DNA of 64,000 nucleotides from Candidatus Latescibacterota bacterium (GCA_965217865.1 CBDCJO010000001.1:1-64000); one strand, 5' to 3'. Positions 48,664-59,779 are shown, counted from the first letter of the stretch. Notes: generated by a model from the letters alone, not told the origin. A program made the numbers and translations.

Positions 48664-50244
48664 CTATTTCGATGTCATGGTGACCACGGGTAGGATCATC
48701 TCCTCCAGAGAAATGCCGCCGTGCTGGAAACTGCCTTTGTACTGTCGCTGAAATTCGTGAAAACGGCTCGGGTAGACGAAGTAATAGTCCTCTTTTGTAA
48801 TGATATAGTTGGTGCCGACACCGAAAGTTGGCAGGCAGTAAGCCTCAGGGTCCGCGATATGGATGGCGTGCCGGGAGTCGCAGCGAATGTTTTTTCCACA
48901 TTTATAGCGAAGACCGGTGGTCGTATCCCGATTCCCATGAGCCACGGTGGCGCGAGTTCCGAAAACCGAGCCGTGGTCCGTAGTCAGGACGATCACGCTA
49001 TCGGTCTGGGCAAGTCTTCGGAGCATCTCGAACAGCGAAGAGTGGAGAAACCAGGACCGGACCAGAGTGCGAAAAGCGGCTTCGTTCGGAGCCATCTCTT
49101 GCAAAAGTTCCGATTCAGAACGGCCGTGGGCCAGCATATCCAGGAAGTTGACCACCACCGAGACGAGGGGAAACGTTCTGTAGGTATTCAATTTTTTGAC
49201 GAGATTCGTGCCTTCGGAAATATCAAGAACCTTGATATAACGGGTTTCGATCTTTAGCGTCGGATCGATCTCCTGGATCTGCCGATCTAAGAGCTGGTGC
49301 TCATGCCGGTTTAGGCTATGATCGTCGTCGTGGCCTAACGTCCATTCATCGGGATACAGACCGGCCACTTCGCAAGGATACAGGCCTCCGAAAATGGAAT
49401 TACGGGCGTAGGGGGTCGCTGTGGGCAGTATGGAGCAGTAAAGTTCGGATTTGATGTTGAAGAGGTCCAGCAGGAGAGGCTGAATGCCCAGCCAGTGATC
49501 CAGACGCATGCAGTCGATGACGATAAAGAAGACTTGCCGTCCCTCAACGATGTGGGGATAAACGAACTCGGGGAAGATGTCAACAGACAGAGGGGGTGAA
49601 TTCTGGTCATCTTCAAGCCACTCACAGTATGTCCGCTCCATATACTTTCCGAATTCAAGGTTGCACTCCCTCCGCTGATCCGCCTGCATCTGTCGGAGGC
49701 CAGGGTCCATAAGTCGATCTAGCTCCAGGTCCAACTCCGCCGATCTTTGATAGACCCCCGCCCACTTCGGCCAGTCCATCGGTCCGGAGATCGTCTCGCG
49801 GATGTCCGAAGAAACCTTCACAAAGTCCTTGCTTCCCTGATCCTTAAGGATCTGCCGGGCGTCAAACAGCTTTTTGCAAGCCAGGAGGATCTGACTGGGG
49901 TTGACCGGCTTGGTCAGGTAATCGTCGATCCGCTGGCCGATGGCCTCCTCCATCAACCGCTCCTCTTCGTTCTTGGTGATCATAATGACAGGAACGTGTG
50001 GATTGAACTCTTTGATCTCCGCGAGCGTGGACAGCCCGTCTTTCCCGGCCATCATCTCATCGAGGAGGACGGCATCGAAATGGGTATTCCGGATCAGGGT
50101 GATGGCGTCCATCCCGTTGGTCACAGGGGTCACCTCATAGCCTCGTTCTCCGAGGAAAATCATGTGAGGCTCGAGAAGGTCGATCTCATCGTCTGCCCAG
50201 AGGATATGTTTTTTTTCAGTTTCCACCTGGGATATCTCCCCCAT
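48664..50244 (-). CDS. PorX-like response regulator (receiver plus PglZ domain)
   Basis: ILWADDE, LLDEMM, KPVNPSQIL, SILPTATPYARNSIF, TTDHG, FQHGGISLEEM. Confidence 0.88.
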   Translation of the reverse strand: MGEISQVETEKKHILWADDEIDLLEPHMIFLGERGYEVTPVTNGMDAITLIRNTHFDAVLLDEMMAGKDGLSTLAEIKEFNPHVPVIMITKNEEERLMEEAIGQRIDDYLTKPVNPSQILLACKKLFDARQILKDQGSKDFVKVSSDIRETISGPMDWPKWAGVYQRSAELDLELDRLMDPGLRQMQADQRRECNLEFGKYMERTYCEWLEDDQNSPPLSVDIFPEFVYPHIVEGRQVFFIVIDCMRLDHWLGIQPLLLDLFNIKSELYCSILPTATPYARNSIFGGLYPCEVAGLYPDEWTLGHDDDHSLNRHEHQLLDRQIQEIDPTLKIETRYIKVLDISEGTNLVKKLNTYRTFPLVSVVVNFLDMLAHGRSESELLQEMAPNEAAFRTLVRSWFLHSSLFEMLRRLAQTDSVIVLTTDHGSVFGTRATVAHGNRDTTTGLRYKCGKNIRCDSRHAIHIADPEAYCLPTFGVGTNYIITKEDYYFVYPSRFHEFQRQYKGSFQHGGISLEEMILPVVTMTSK

Positions 50245-50278
50245 TCGGGTTCGGGTCTTGGTGGGTTGGGTGATGTGC

Positions 50279-51613
50279 TTAATTACTTACCGGCAACAGG
50301 ATCTGAAAGGTCGTCCCGATGCCCGGTCCGCTTTCAACGATTGCGATTCGCCCCCGGTGATATTCTTGGAGGATCCTCCTGACAAGTGTCAGGCCCAGGC
50401 CCCAACCCCGTTTTTTTGTGCTGTAACCCGGCTCAAACACGCGCTTGTGATACCGGGGGCCTATCCCTTTTCCGTTGTCGGTAACCAGAACCTCCACGAA
50501 CTGTTCGTCCCACTTTCGAGTGACCACCTGTACGATCCCCACGCGGTTCTCAATCGCGTCGATGGCGTTCTTGATCAGGTTTTCAAACGCCCAGGCAAAC
50601 AACTCGCGATTGATCGGAACAGGTGGAAGTTTACTGTAATTCTCGACCATCCGTATCTCCTCGCCAAGACGTGCGAACCGGACGCCGAGATATCCCACCG
50701 TCTCGGCGATGACCGCATTCAGGTCCTCCGACCTCAGTTCGGGGACAGAGCCGATTTGGCTGAAGCGCGATACCACCTTGTTCAAACGGCCCAGGTCACG
50801 ATCCATCTCGTTGATGATCTTTGCTAGGCGCTGGGCGTTCGCCTCGTGATCCGTAGTTGTGGATTGTCTTTCTTTCATCAGCTCCAGCCAGCCGTACAGA
50901 GACGAGAGAGGGGTCCCGAGTTGATGGGCCGTCTCTTTGGTCATCCCCACCCAGATGGAATGGGTCTCGTTGTCCCTGATGTTTCTATAACCGATGTAGC
51001 CGACGGTGATGCAAAGCGCGATGACCCCGATGGCCAGGAAGGGGAGAGAGGAGAGACGACGAATAAGGGTCGAATCGCCGTAATGAAGCATCCAGGTCCC
51101 GTGGCCAGGAACCTCGAAGGCCACCGGCTCGTTGGATTCATCCATCTCCTCCTTCTTCTGCATGAGGCTTACTATGTCGATGGAGTCCCCGTACGCGATC
51201 CCCGGGACGTTCGCTTGGATCGGGACCCCATTCTGGTCCGTAACGATCACCGGGAATTTGGGTTTGGAAAGCGTTTCGAAGATGAAATCCAGATCCTGGT
51301 TGTCCTCTACATAATCTGCCGCGGCCAGGCGGTAAAAGAATGCATATTGCCTGGAGGCCGCCCGGGCTTCCTCGCGCATCCGTCCGATCAGCGAAAACTG
51401 GATGTAAAACAACATTCCGAGGACGATCAACAGGGCCCCGAGGATATAATAACTCCTTGAGTACGGTGTTGTCCCGAAAGTCCCCCCCCAGGACTCCAGC
51501 TCCTTCCGGAATCGGCCCCGCAAGGATCCCTTCTTGCCTTTTTGAAGGGGTAAGACGCGAACCGATGGTTCCCCTTTCGGTCCTTTTAAGGGGGCTTCAA
51601 TTTTCAAGCTCAT
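50279..51613 (-). CDS. Membrane sensor histidine kinase
   Basis: Two TM helices, KETAHQLGTPLSSL, ENLIKNAIDA, DNGKGI, GWGLGL. Confidence 0.93.
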   Translation of the reverse strand: MSLKIEAPLKGPKGEPSVRVLPLQKGKKGSLRGRFRKELESWGGTFGTTPYSRSYYILGALLIVLGMLFYIQFSLIGRMREEARAASRQYAFFYRLAAADYVEDNQDLDFIFETLSKPKFPVIVTDQNGVPIQANVPGIAYGDSIDIVSLMQKKEEMDESNEPVAFEVPGHGTWMLHYGDSTLIRRLSSLPFLAIGVIALCITVGYIGYRNIRDNETHSIWVGMTKETAHQLGTPLSSLYGWLELMKERQSTTTDHEANAQRLAKIINEMDRDLGRLNKVVSRFSQIGSVPELRSEDLNAVIAETVGYLGVRFARLGEEIRMVENYSKLPPVPINRELFAWAFENLIKNAIDAIENRVGIVQVVTRKWDEQFVEVLVTDNGKGIGPRYHKRVFEPGYSTKKRGWGLGLTLVRRILQEYHRGRIAIVESGPGIGTTFQILLPVSN

Positions 51614-51855
51614 TTGGACGATCCTTGAAACGACAAAGATGTAGGAAATACAGGTTTCCTATCTTGACGCCCCAGGAAAATGGTTGTTCCGTGCTTATTT
51701 GAAGATAACCAAGAGGGAGGGAAGTTGTCAATAGAGACTGTCAGCATCTACACGGAGACGAATTTGAAACGGAGAGCCCGGAGTTTTCCATGGCTCCTGA
51801 CCTCTGAAACCCGGCCCTGGTATTACGATTTACGATTTACACCCCTGGAGGTCTT

Positions 51856-52341
51856 ATGATTCGCGACTATCGACCATCGGACCTGGAGACGATCAAGACG
51901 ATCACCGAGATCTGCTTCGACGGCGTCTCCATCGACCAGAACATCGAAGAACGCTTCGGGATCATCGGAGGATTGGCTTGGCAATCCCGCAAGACAAGGC
52001 ACATCGTCGAGGATGTGTCGGCGTGTCCGGAGGGGATTTTTGTTTATGAAGTGGAGGGAGGGGTGGTAGGCTATATCACGTCGCGGACCAATTACGATAC
52101 AAAGATCGGCTGGATCCCGAACCTGTCCGTTCTCCCGGGAAACAGAGGTCTCGGGGTCGGCAAAGCGCTGATCGATAAGGCTATTGATTATCTAAGAGGG
52201 GAGGGAATGTGTTTCGTGCGGATCGAGACATTGGATCAGAACGAAGCCGGGAAATCGATCTATCCGAAATTCGGATTTCAGGAGATCGCCCGGCAGATCC
52301 ACTACATCAAGCCTTTGAAAGGAGGGCAAACATCGGATTGA
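51856..52341 (+). CDS. GNAT family N-acetyltransferase
   Basis: VLPGNRGLGVG acetyl-CoA motif, N..G..Y..FGF; SD GGAGG. Confidence 0.85.
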   Translation: MIRDYRPSDLETIKTITEICFDGVSIDQNIEERFGIIGGLAWQSRKTRHIVEDVSACPEGIFVYEVEGGVVGYITSRTNYDTKIGWIPNLSVLPGNRGLGVGKALIDKAIDYLRGEGMCFVRIETLDQNEAGKSIYPKFGFQEIARQIHYIKPLKGGQTSD

Positions 52342-52362
52342 TTCACAATTTCCAATGTATTT

Positions 52363-54183
52363 TCATTTTTCAATCTCTCTTCCCTTCCGGGCTTCGATCA
52401 AGCTTACCGGTTCAAGCCTATGAATTTCGTCGTTTAATTGTCTATGCCTGGAGAGGAGTTCCATGACCTCTTGCGATCTCCCTTCCTTCTCCGCATGCTT
52501 GATGGCCCCGGCGACCTCGTTCAGCTGTCGCTGAACCGATGCGCGCCGGGCGCTCTGCAGATAGCCTTCGATCACCCGGTCGCCTCGAGTCTCGTCATAA
52601 CCTTCCAGCGAAAGTTCTGAAATCAGATCCGACAGAAAAGCGTCTTCACTTGCGCTTATCAGAGAGGCCGCTCGGGCGCTCCTTCCTTCCGACCGCGTGG
52701 CCACGATCAAGTCAGCGATGCGCCGGTAAGTCGCGTTTGAAAACACATCCACCGAAACCTCCGATCGTAACCGATCCGCAAACGCGTCATCGCTCAGAGC
52801 TATCCCGACCAGGGTGCGTTCCCAATGCGGGCTTGGGTCGAACGAAGATCTTTCCCGATCCACCGTCGCTGTTCGTCTGCCCCTCGACCCCCGATCCCTC
52901 GCTTTTCCCACGGCCTCTGAGACGATCCTTTCATCGGCCCCAAGCCTTTCTGCGATCTCCCGCACCAGAAATCCTCTCCTTATGGGATCCTGAATGCGAG
53001 ACACCGTCTGGGCCAATTCGGTCGCAGCCCGGACCTTTCCATCGACAGTCCCCAGATCCTCTCGGTTTGAAATCGAACGCAGCTTGTAGTCCAGGACCGG
53101 TTCGGCGTGTTCTACGAGCCTGAGAAAAGCATCGCTCCCTTTGTCCCGCACGAAGCTGTCGGGGTCGTGCCCCTCCGGAAGGGTTACGACGCGTGCGGAC
53201 AGTTCCGCTTCCAAAAGGATATCGATCCCCCTGATAGAAGCAGAGGAGCCCGCTGCATCTCCATCGAAGATCAGGACGGCGCGATCACAGAATCGTCGCA
53301 AAAGCCGGGTATGACCTGAGGTCAAAGCAGTACCCGCCGTAGCGACCACGTTTTCTATTCCGGCCCCAACAAGGCGGATGAGGTCCATATAGCCTTCGAC
53401 GACAAGCGTTTCGCCCCGATTCCGAATGGCGTCCTTGGCCTGCCAGAGCCCGTATAGCACGCCGCCTTTATGGTAGACGGGCGTCTCCGGAGAGTTGATA
53501 TACTTTGGATCCTCCCCTTCCCCAAGGGACCTTCCCCCAAAAGCCACAACCCTCCCCGTGGCGCTTGTAATCGGGAATATCAGGCGGTCCCGGAACCGAT
53601 CGTAATGGCCGCCACCCGATCTTCGCGGGAGGGCAAGCCCAGCCTTTTCAAGGGTGGGGAGATCGAGCGACCGTTTGGCCGCCGCAAGCAAAAGGCCATC
53701 CCAATCCGAAAGTGAATATCCGAGAGAGAAAAGGGAGGCGACGTCGTCAGGAACCCCCCTGTGGGTAAGATAAGCTCTGGCCCTTTCTCCTCGACGGTCT
53801 TTGGTTAAAAGACCCCGGTAAAATCCAGCCGCCCATTCGCAAACCTGGTAAAGGACATCAGAGGTTTCTTTCTGGAATTCGTCTTCCCTCGATTCGGGAA
53901 GAGAGATTCCGGCCCGCAAAGCCAGACGTCGCACCGCCTCGGGGAAACTAACCTTCTCGATCGCCATCAGGAAGCTAATGGCATTCCCACCCGCACCGCA
54001 CGGAAAACACTTGTAGATCTGTTTGTCCGTAGAGACCATCAAAGATGGGTTTCTGTCGTCGTGGAATGGGCAGAGCCCGATGAAGTCCCGCCCTTTCCGG
54101 GCCAACGTCACGTGATCCGAAATCACTTCCACAATGTCAACGCTGTTCCGGATTCGATCGATCAGGTCTTCGGGCAATCTCAT
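52363..54183 (-). CDS. dnaG: DNA primase
   Basis: CPFH..CFPC zinc finger, YDRFRDRLIFPI, KYINSPET, EGYMD, FDGDAAG, DPD. Confidence 0.97.
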   Translation of the reverse strand: MRLPEDLIDRIRNSVDIVEVISDHVTLARKGRDFIGLCPFHDDRNPSLMVSTDKQIYKCFPCGAGGNAISFLMAIEKVSFPEAVRRLALRAGISLPESREDEFQKETSDVLYQVCEWAAGFYRGLLTKDRRGERARAYLTHRGVPDDVASLFSLGYSLSDWDGLLLAAAKRSLDLPTLEKAGLALPRRSGGGHYDRFRDRLIFPITSATGRVVAFGGRSLGEGEDPKYINSPETPVYHKGGVLYGLWQAKDAIRNRGETLVVEGYMDLIRLVGAGIENVVATAGTALTSGHTRLLRRFCDRAVLIFDGDAAGSSASIRGIDILLEAELSARVVTLPEGHDPDSFVRDKGSDAFLRLVEHAEPVLDYKLRSISNREDLGTVDGKVRAATELAQTVSRIQDPIRRGFLVREIAERLGADERIVSEAVGKARDRGSRGRRTATVDRERSSFDPSPHWERTLVGIALSDDAFADRLRSEVSVDVFSNATYRRIADLIVATRSEGRSARAASLISASEDAFLSDLISELSLEGYDETRGDRVIEGYLQSARRASVQRQLNEVAGAIKHAEKEGRSQEVMELLSRHRQLNDEIHRLEPVSLIEARKGREIEK

Positions 54184-54300
54184 GTTCCCCGCCTCTCCTC
54201 CCACCCGGAATACAGAATCCAGAATTCAGGAGGAAATCAGGTGCCTTACTTCAGAATTCTGACACCCCGGTTCTTTATTTTTTTTTGTCCCTTTATCTTA

Positions 54301-55197
54301 GGTAATTAGGAAGATATTGGTACCAGATTCACCAGATATGAAGCAATAATTGGGAAGAGATCCTCGTCTTCCTGGTTGAATCTGAACTCTGTTTCCTTCA
54401 GGTATAAATGGAAATGATGTCGAGGGATTCCTCTGTATTGATATAGCCAATTTTTAGAAAAACTCCAGAAGCCTTCGATGCCATTGATGTGATGTCGGCC
54501 TTTGCCTTTGGGCACCCCTTCTTCTTTTCGAACAACCACGTGGTCACCTTTGACTGACAGCCAAGTGTAGGCGTGCCAGTCATCGGTGTAGTATAGACTG
54601 CCTGCTTTGGTGTGTGAGGTCACAAGCGGTGTAAGGGTGTTTCGACTTCGATCCGGAATGGGAAAGGTGAGGACTTTTCCGTTCCTCTGATAAAGCCCGA
54701 AAACCAAGTGTTTTCCGGCTGCTCCCCATCCACGCTTACCCTTATGATGACCTCCATACATCGCCTCGTCCAACTCGATCTCACCCCAAAGCACCTGGTC
54801 CGTAAAGCTATGATCGTAGATGGCCTGGCGAAACGTGGTATAAATCCGCTGAGCCGTTTTCAGCGATACGGACAGGTAGTGCCTGGATCGGTAAGAGGGC
54901 ACTCCCAATACAAACAGATAAAGTAAATGGGCAAGCTCGTCAAATGAAATTCGAAGCCTTTCAAGATAAGTGCCCGTGAAATCTTTAAACCGATATCCAC
55001 ACCGTGAACACCTGAACCGATCGTCTTTTAATAAGGGCAACCTGCGCTGATAATCGCAGCTTGGACATCGCCTTTTTCCACCCCAACGGGCTGCACGAAA
55101 ATAGGCCCTACTTATCTTGCAGTCATTTGCTAACTTAAGTGGATTAATTACCAGCATATTATTAATATACGCTGGTGCCAATATCTACTCAATCACC
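54301..55197 (-). mobile_element. IS1595-family insertion sequence (897 bp)
   Basis: TIRs GGTAATTAGGAAGATATTGGTACCAG / GGTGATTGAGTAGATATTGGCACCAG; 8-bp TSD TTATCTTA at 54293-54300 and 55198-55205. Confidence 0.92.
54306..55157 (-). CDS. IS1595-family DDE transposase
   Basis: Zn ribbon CPSC..CSRC, ELDE, GKRGWGA, YTDDW, HINGIEGFWS, YLKETEFRFN. Confidence 0.93.
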   Translation of the reverse strand: MLVINPLKLANDCKISRAYFRAARWGGKRRCPSCDYQRRLPLLKDDRFRCSRCGYRFKDFTGTYLERLRISFDELAHLLYLFVLGVPSYRSRHYLSVSLKTAQRIYTTFRQAIYDHSFTDQVLWGEIELDEAMYGGHHKGKRGWGAAGKHLVFGLYQRNGKVLTFPIPDRSRNTLTPLVTSHTKAGSLYYTDDWHAYTWLSVKGDHVVVRKEEGVPKGKGRHHINGIEGFWSFSKNWLYQYRGIPRHHFHLYLKETEFRFNQEDEDLFPIIASYLVNLVPISS

Positions 55198-55360
55198 TTA
55201 TCTTAAAGGGATGTGGGTTGTAAGCAAGCAATCAACTGTTGGGGATAGGAAGAAAAAAGGCGAACTTGGGGGAAGGTTGGAAGCAAACAAGATGACTCTC
55301 GACTCTTGTCCGGGCTTCCTTCTCAGGCAAGCGGTGCTGTTTGCTTTTTCATTCTGTATT

Positions 55361-56452
55361 CTAACTTCTGCATTCTGTATTCTGCTCTTCTATCTCCGCC
55401 ACCCGCTTCTCAACGGCCTCCACCAGCACATCCACCATCTCCGATTCCTTGACCTTTTTGACGATCTCCCCCCGATCGATCAACAATCCCACACCGCCGC
55501 CGCCCGCGATCCCAAGGTCCGCCGTCCGGGCCTCCCCGGGTCCGTTGACCTCACACCCCATCACCGCGATGTTCATCGGGGTCCGAATGTCCTTCAGGCG
55601 TTCTTTGACCTCCGCCGTCACCCCGAAAAGGTCGATATCGCACCGGCCGCAGCTCGGGCAAGCGATGATGTTCACCCCACGCTCCCGGAGATGAAGGGCT
55701 TGCAACAAGTCATAAGCCACCTCCACCTCCTCTACGGGATCCGCTGTCAGGGAGACACGGATCGTGTCGCCGATCCCATCCAGTAAGAGGGAACCGATTC
55801 CGACCGCGGACTTAACTGCACCCGTCGGCATCATCCCGGCCTCCGTGACCCCCAGGTGCAGGGGATAATCCGTCCGCTCCGCGATCTGGCGGTAAGCCTC
55901 GATCATCATCGGGACGTCCGAGGATTTGAGGGAGAGGATGATATCGTTAAATCCGTTCTCCTCCAGGAATCCCACCTCCTCCAGCGCGCTCTCCACCATC
56001 GCTTCGGCCGTCACGCCTCCGTGCTTGGCGATGAGATCTTTTCGGAGAGATCCTCCGTTCACGCCGATGCGGATCGGAATGTTCCGCTCCTTGCAGGCAT
56101 CCACCACTGCCTTGATCCGCTCTTTCTTTCCGATGTTGCCTGGATTGATCCGAATCTTGTCGATTCCGAAGGAAGCGCATTTCAGGGCGAAGATGTGGTT
56201 GAAGTGGATGTCGGCCACAAGGGGTACGTTGACCTGCTTCTTGATCTCGCCGAGTGCTTCTGCGGCCGCCATGTCGGGCACGGCAACCCGCACGATCTCG
56301 CACCCCGCCACAACCAGCTCGGCGATCTGGAAAATGGTCTTCTCGATATCACGGGTGTCCGTAATCGTCATCGACTGGACCGCGATGGGGGCGTCCCCGC
56401 CGATCGGGACATCCCCCACCATCACCTGTCTCGTCTTTTTTCGTTCCAGCAT
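55361..56452 (-). CDS. ispG: (E)-4-hydroxy-3-methylbut-2-enyl-diphosphate synthase
   Basis: VQSM, VADIHF, RINPGN, HLGVTEAG, CPSCGR..MGCEVNGPGE. Confidence 0.97.
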   Translation of the reverse strand: MLERKKTRQVMVGDVPIGGDAPIAVQSMTITDTRDIEKTIFQIAELVVAGCEIVRVAVPDMAAAEALGEIKKQVNVPLVADIHFNHIFALKCASFGIDKIRINPGNIGKKERIKAVVDACKERNIPIRIGVNGGSLRKDLIAKHGGVTAEAMVESALEEVGFLEENGFNDIILSLKSSDVPMMIEAYRQIAERTDYPLHLGVTEAGMMPTGAVKSAVGIGSLLLDGIGDTIRVSLTADPVEEVEVAYDLLQALHLRERGVNIIACPSCGRCDIDLFGVTAEVKERLKDIRTPMNIAVMGCEVNGPGEARTADLGIAGGGGVGLLIDRGEIVKKVKESEMVDVLVEAVEKRVAEIEEQNTECRS

Positions 56453-56816
56453 AATCCCTCGAATATTCATAAGGCCTGGGTACCTGCATCATCGGGTGCA
56501 CTCGTACCCGTCCTACCCCGGCCTTAGATGGGGAAGTATGGATGCCTCTTGAATGACACTGAATCGTTATAAAAGGAGTTGAACAGGCAGGAAAAACACT
56601 GCGTTATGCCGGGGCCGGTGCAAAATACGCCTGCTTCCTCGACAACAATACCTTCCGGAACGAAGGCTTGACCCTCAGCCGAAGAATCGATCGAAACCCG
56701 GAAATCCGAACTCCATCGACACCCCAGCCGCCCCGACAGCAGAACCATTATTGGGCCTGCGGACCAAAAGCTGTTAGTGCTGGATGCAGCGCATCCCTGT
56801 GCGACCTGCTACAGGC

Positions 56817-59535
56817 TTAACTTCCGAAGGCCGTCGCGAAGATAAAGAAATCCCCGAAGAAGATGTGACCGTCGCCGTCCAGGTCGAAGGCCGAATTGTA
56901 GCCTGGATCCCCCGGCATTGTGTTGAACGCGAGGGCGAATAGGAAAAAGTCGTCGAAGTCCACGTCATCGTCCCCGTCGAAGCTCCCGGTCGGCGCAGCA
57001 GTTCCTATCTGGTCCGCGCTGATGACCACCTCGATGGGCGACGTGATAAACTCCGTTTTATCGGGCGTCTGAATACTCAAACTCGTAATAGAGAGGATGG
57101 CCTCCCCCGCGAAGTCGGCCCCAGCCGTGAAAGTGAAGGTGCACAGGCGTCCGTCCACGTCCGAAGGCGTCGGGGGAAGGGTCGAACCCCCACCCGTGAT
57201 GGCCCCGTCCCCAACCTGCGCAGGCAAGGAAATGAAGGTCCCCTGTACGAGGCCCCCGTCCGAAAAAGCCGCGCCCTCGAGCAGGGCCTCGGGATACTCC
57301 ACCGTGGCCGTATAACCCGTTACACTGGCGATATCTTTCACGAAAACCTGAAGGGTGATCTCGTCCTCAGCAACCACATTGTATAAAAGACCCAGGTCCT
57401 GATTGTCATCCGCCGCGTCAAGGTCAAGCCTCACCACAGCCGACTCGGACGGGGGTGCGATGACCCGGAGTGTCTTCGTGACCGATGTCGCACGCCCGGG
57501 CTCGTCGGTAACGGTCAGGGTGATATCGACGTTCGAATCCGTGGAATCCGAAAGTGTCACACTCGCGACATCGCTCGTTTCCGTTGTCGACTTTACAAAG
57601 GTGCCTCCGGGGACATGCCAGCTGAACGTAATCGTATCTCCGTCCGGGTCCGAGGACCCTGATCCGTCCAGCGTAACCACGCCTTTGGTGTTCCCTGCCT
57701 GAATCACGCCCGGGGTGATCGTGAACTCGGCCACCGGGGGGTCGTTCGCGGCCACCTTCAGGACCGCGTTCGACGGCTGGATATCCTGCTCCGTCCCACC
57801 CAGCTTCAAGGTCCCGACCGTTATCTCTGTCCCGCCTTCAACAAACTCAGCCGATGTTTGGAAACCCACGGTGCCCAGGAGCCCGTCGCCGGAGGCGCCG
57901 CTCCCCCCGAACTGCGCCGCGCCGAACTCCACCGTCCCGTCACCAACCTGGGGGGTCAGAGCGATGGCCCCGGACAGGTAATCCCCGATCGCGAACTGGC
58001 TGGCATCGTAGGTCAGGATATTGGCATCGAACGTGACAATAACGCCGAAGTTTGATGCGGAGGTGGGGTTCATCCCAAACACCTGAACCGTGACCTCTTT
58101 CGAAGGCCCCGAGCTGATCTCCCGGGTGAACTGATTGTCATCCGCCGGGTCCAGGTCCAGCCATGCACCCAACAGGGTTGTGTCCAACTCTGTGAGATCC
58201 GGGACCTCGCCAGCGGGCGGTAGAGTCGCCTCCACACCCGTCCCACTCAGGCCAACGGTCGTGGAACCCCCCTCGACGTCGTGCTAAATCTCGAGCGCGG
58301 CGAACTTGCCCCCCTCAGAAGTCGGTGCAAACGTTACAGTTACCATCTGGCTCTCGCCGGGCTCGATTGTCGCGGTTGCCGGTGAGACCGTATACTCCGT
58401 GACATCCGCTCCGATGACCGTGATCTCAGTGACGGACAGGGACGCCGTCCCCGTGTTCGTGATTGTAAGCGTTGCCTCAGAGGTCTCTCCGACATTCGTA
58501 TCCTCAAACGTCAAAGAGGTTTCCGACAAGTCGATGACAGGGGCCTTCTCGGTCACCGTGACACTGCCGTCCGCTGAGGTGCTGGAAATCGTGTCACCGA
58601 ACGCATCCTGCAGCAAGGCCTCAAGCCCGAGCGTGTAAGAAGTGCCGGGTACCGCTTCCGCATCCACGTCGAAGGTCACGTTCACCAGTGCGCCCGAGCC
58701 CCTCTCTAACCCAAACGGATCTCCAAATAAAAAACCCAGATCAGTGTTGAATAATTCAACCCTCACCTCGCCAGGGGTGTCCAGGAAGGAAAAAAACTTG
58801 ATTCCTGTTGCTGACGTCAGAGATGTTAACCCGACATCGGTGGCCGTCATGACACTGCTGTCATAGGTCAGCGTCAGAACCCCCCCGGCGATCCCCTTCG
58901 CATCGCGCACCAACACCGCCACCTCCAACCCTGTCTGGCCCGGTTGGGCGGTCACTTCCTCGACCGAAACCGGTTCCGGACTCTGGAGAGTCTCCTCCAC
59001 AGTGACACTGCCGTCCGCCGAGGTGCTGGAAATCGTGTCCCCGTTCTCATCAAACAACGAGGCCTCAAGTCCGAGCGGGTAGGTGCCGGGTTCCGCTTCA
59101 AAATCCAAGACGAAAAAAATTATCAGAAACCCGATGGGGCCTGATGGAATCCCCTTCGCGCCGGCAAACGAAACCGTCACCTCGCCAGGGGTGTCCAGGT
59201 TGGAAACAATCGTTGTCCCCCCTACAATCGGACCGCCACCGACTCCCAAGGCATCGGTGGCCGTCATGACACTGCTGTCATAGGTCAGGGTCAGATCCCC
59301 CCCCCTCGTCCACTGACACCGCCACCTCCAACCGGCGGCCCTGTTCGGCGGTCACCTCCTCCACCGAAACCGCTACCGGAATCGTCTGGAGCGCCGCGAA
59401 CTTCAGGGATGCGTCCTGAAGCGTGGGCGTACCCCCTTGAATTTGGGGTTCGGCAAATGCCCCCGAAGTCAGAAATAATCCGACAAAGAAGCCCACCATC
59501 GCGGCAAGCAGTCTCGTCTTCTGTTGACCAGGCAT
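56817..59535 (-). pseudogene. Secreted multi-domain protein (signal peptide, cohesin-like repeats, Ig/PKD, C-terminal dockerin/EF-hand-like), split into three ORFs
   Basis: Signal peptide ORF; frameshift at a C9 run (59297-59305); in-frame TAG at 58284-58286; ends in FDGDDDVDFDDFFLFA..DLDGDGHIFFGDFFIFA. Confidence 0.75.
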
Positions 59536-59779
59536 AAATCCTCCCACTAGGGGTGAAAATGCAAAAAAAAATTGCCCTCGAATTTGTCCAATATAGCTTA
59601 AAAAACCTCAAAGAGCAAGCGTTACTTTAACAGCACCTATATATCTGCAAATCCTGAAACCTACCTGTTTTTAGATGACTGGAATAAACACTGGAACCAT
59701 CGGCACTCCCAACTCATCCCGGACCCTGAAGCCGGGGGTGTTACTATTTAGTCCTAAACTTGTATTCTGCATTTCTCTA

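Noticed and set aside
58284-58286. Pyrrolysine or stop-codon reassignment at the in-frame TAG
   Set aside because: TAG terminates normal genes here (atpD, queF, ispG), no pyl genes are present, and the same gene has a second lesion.
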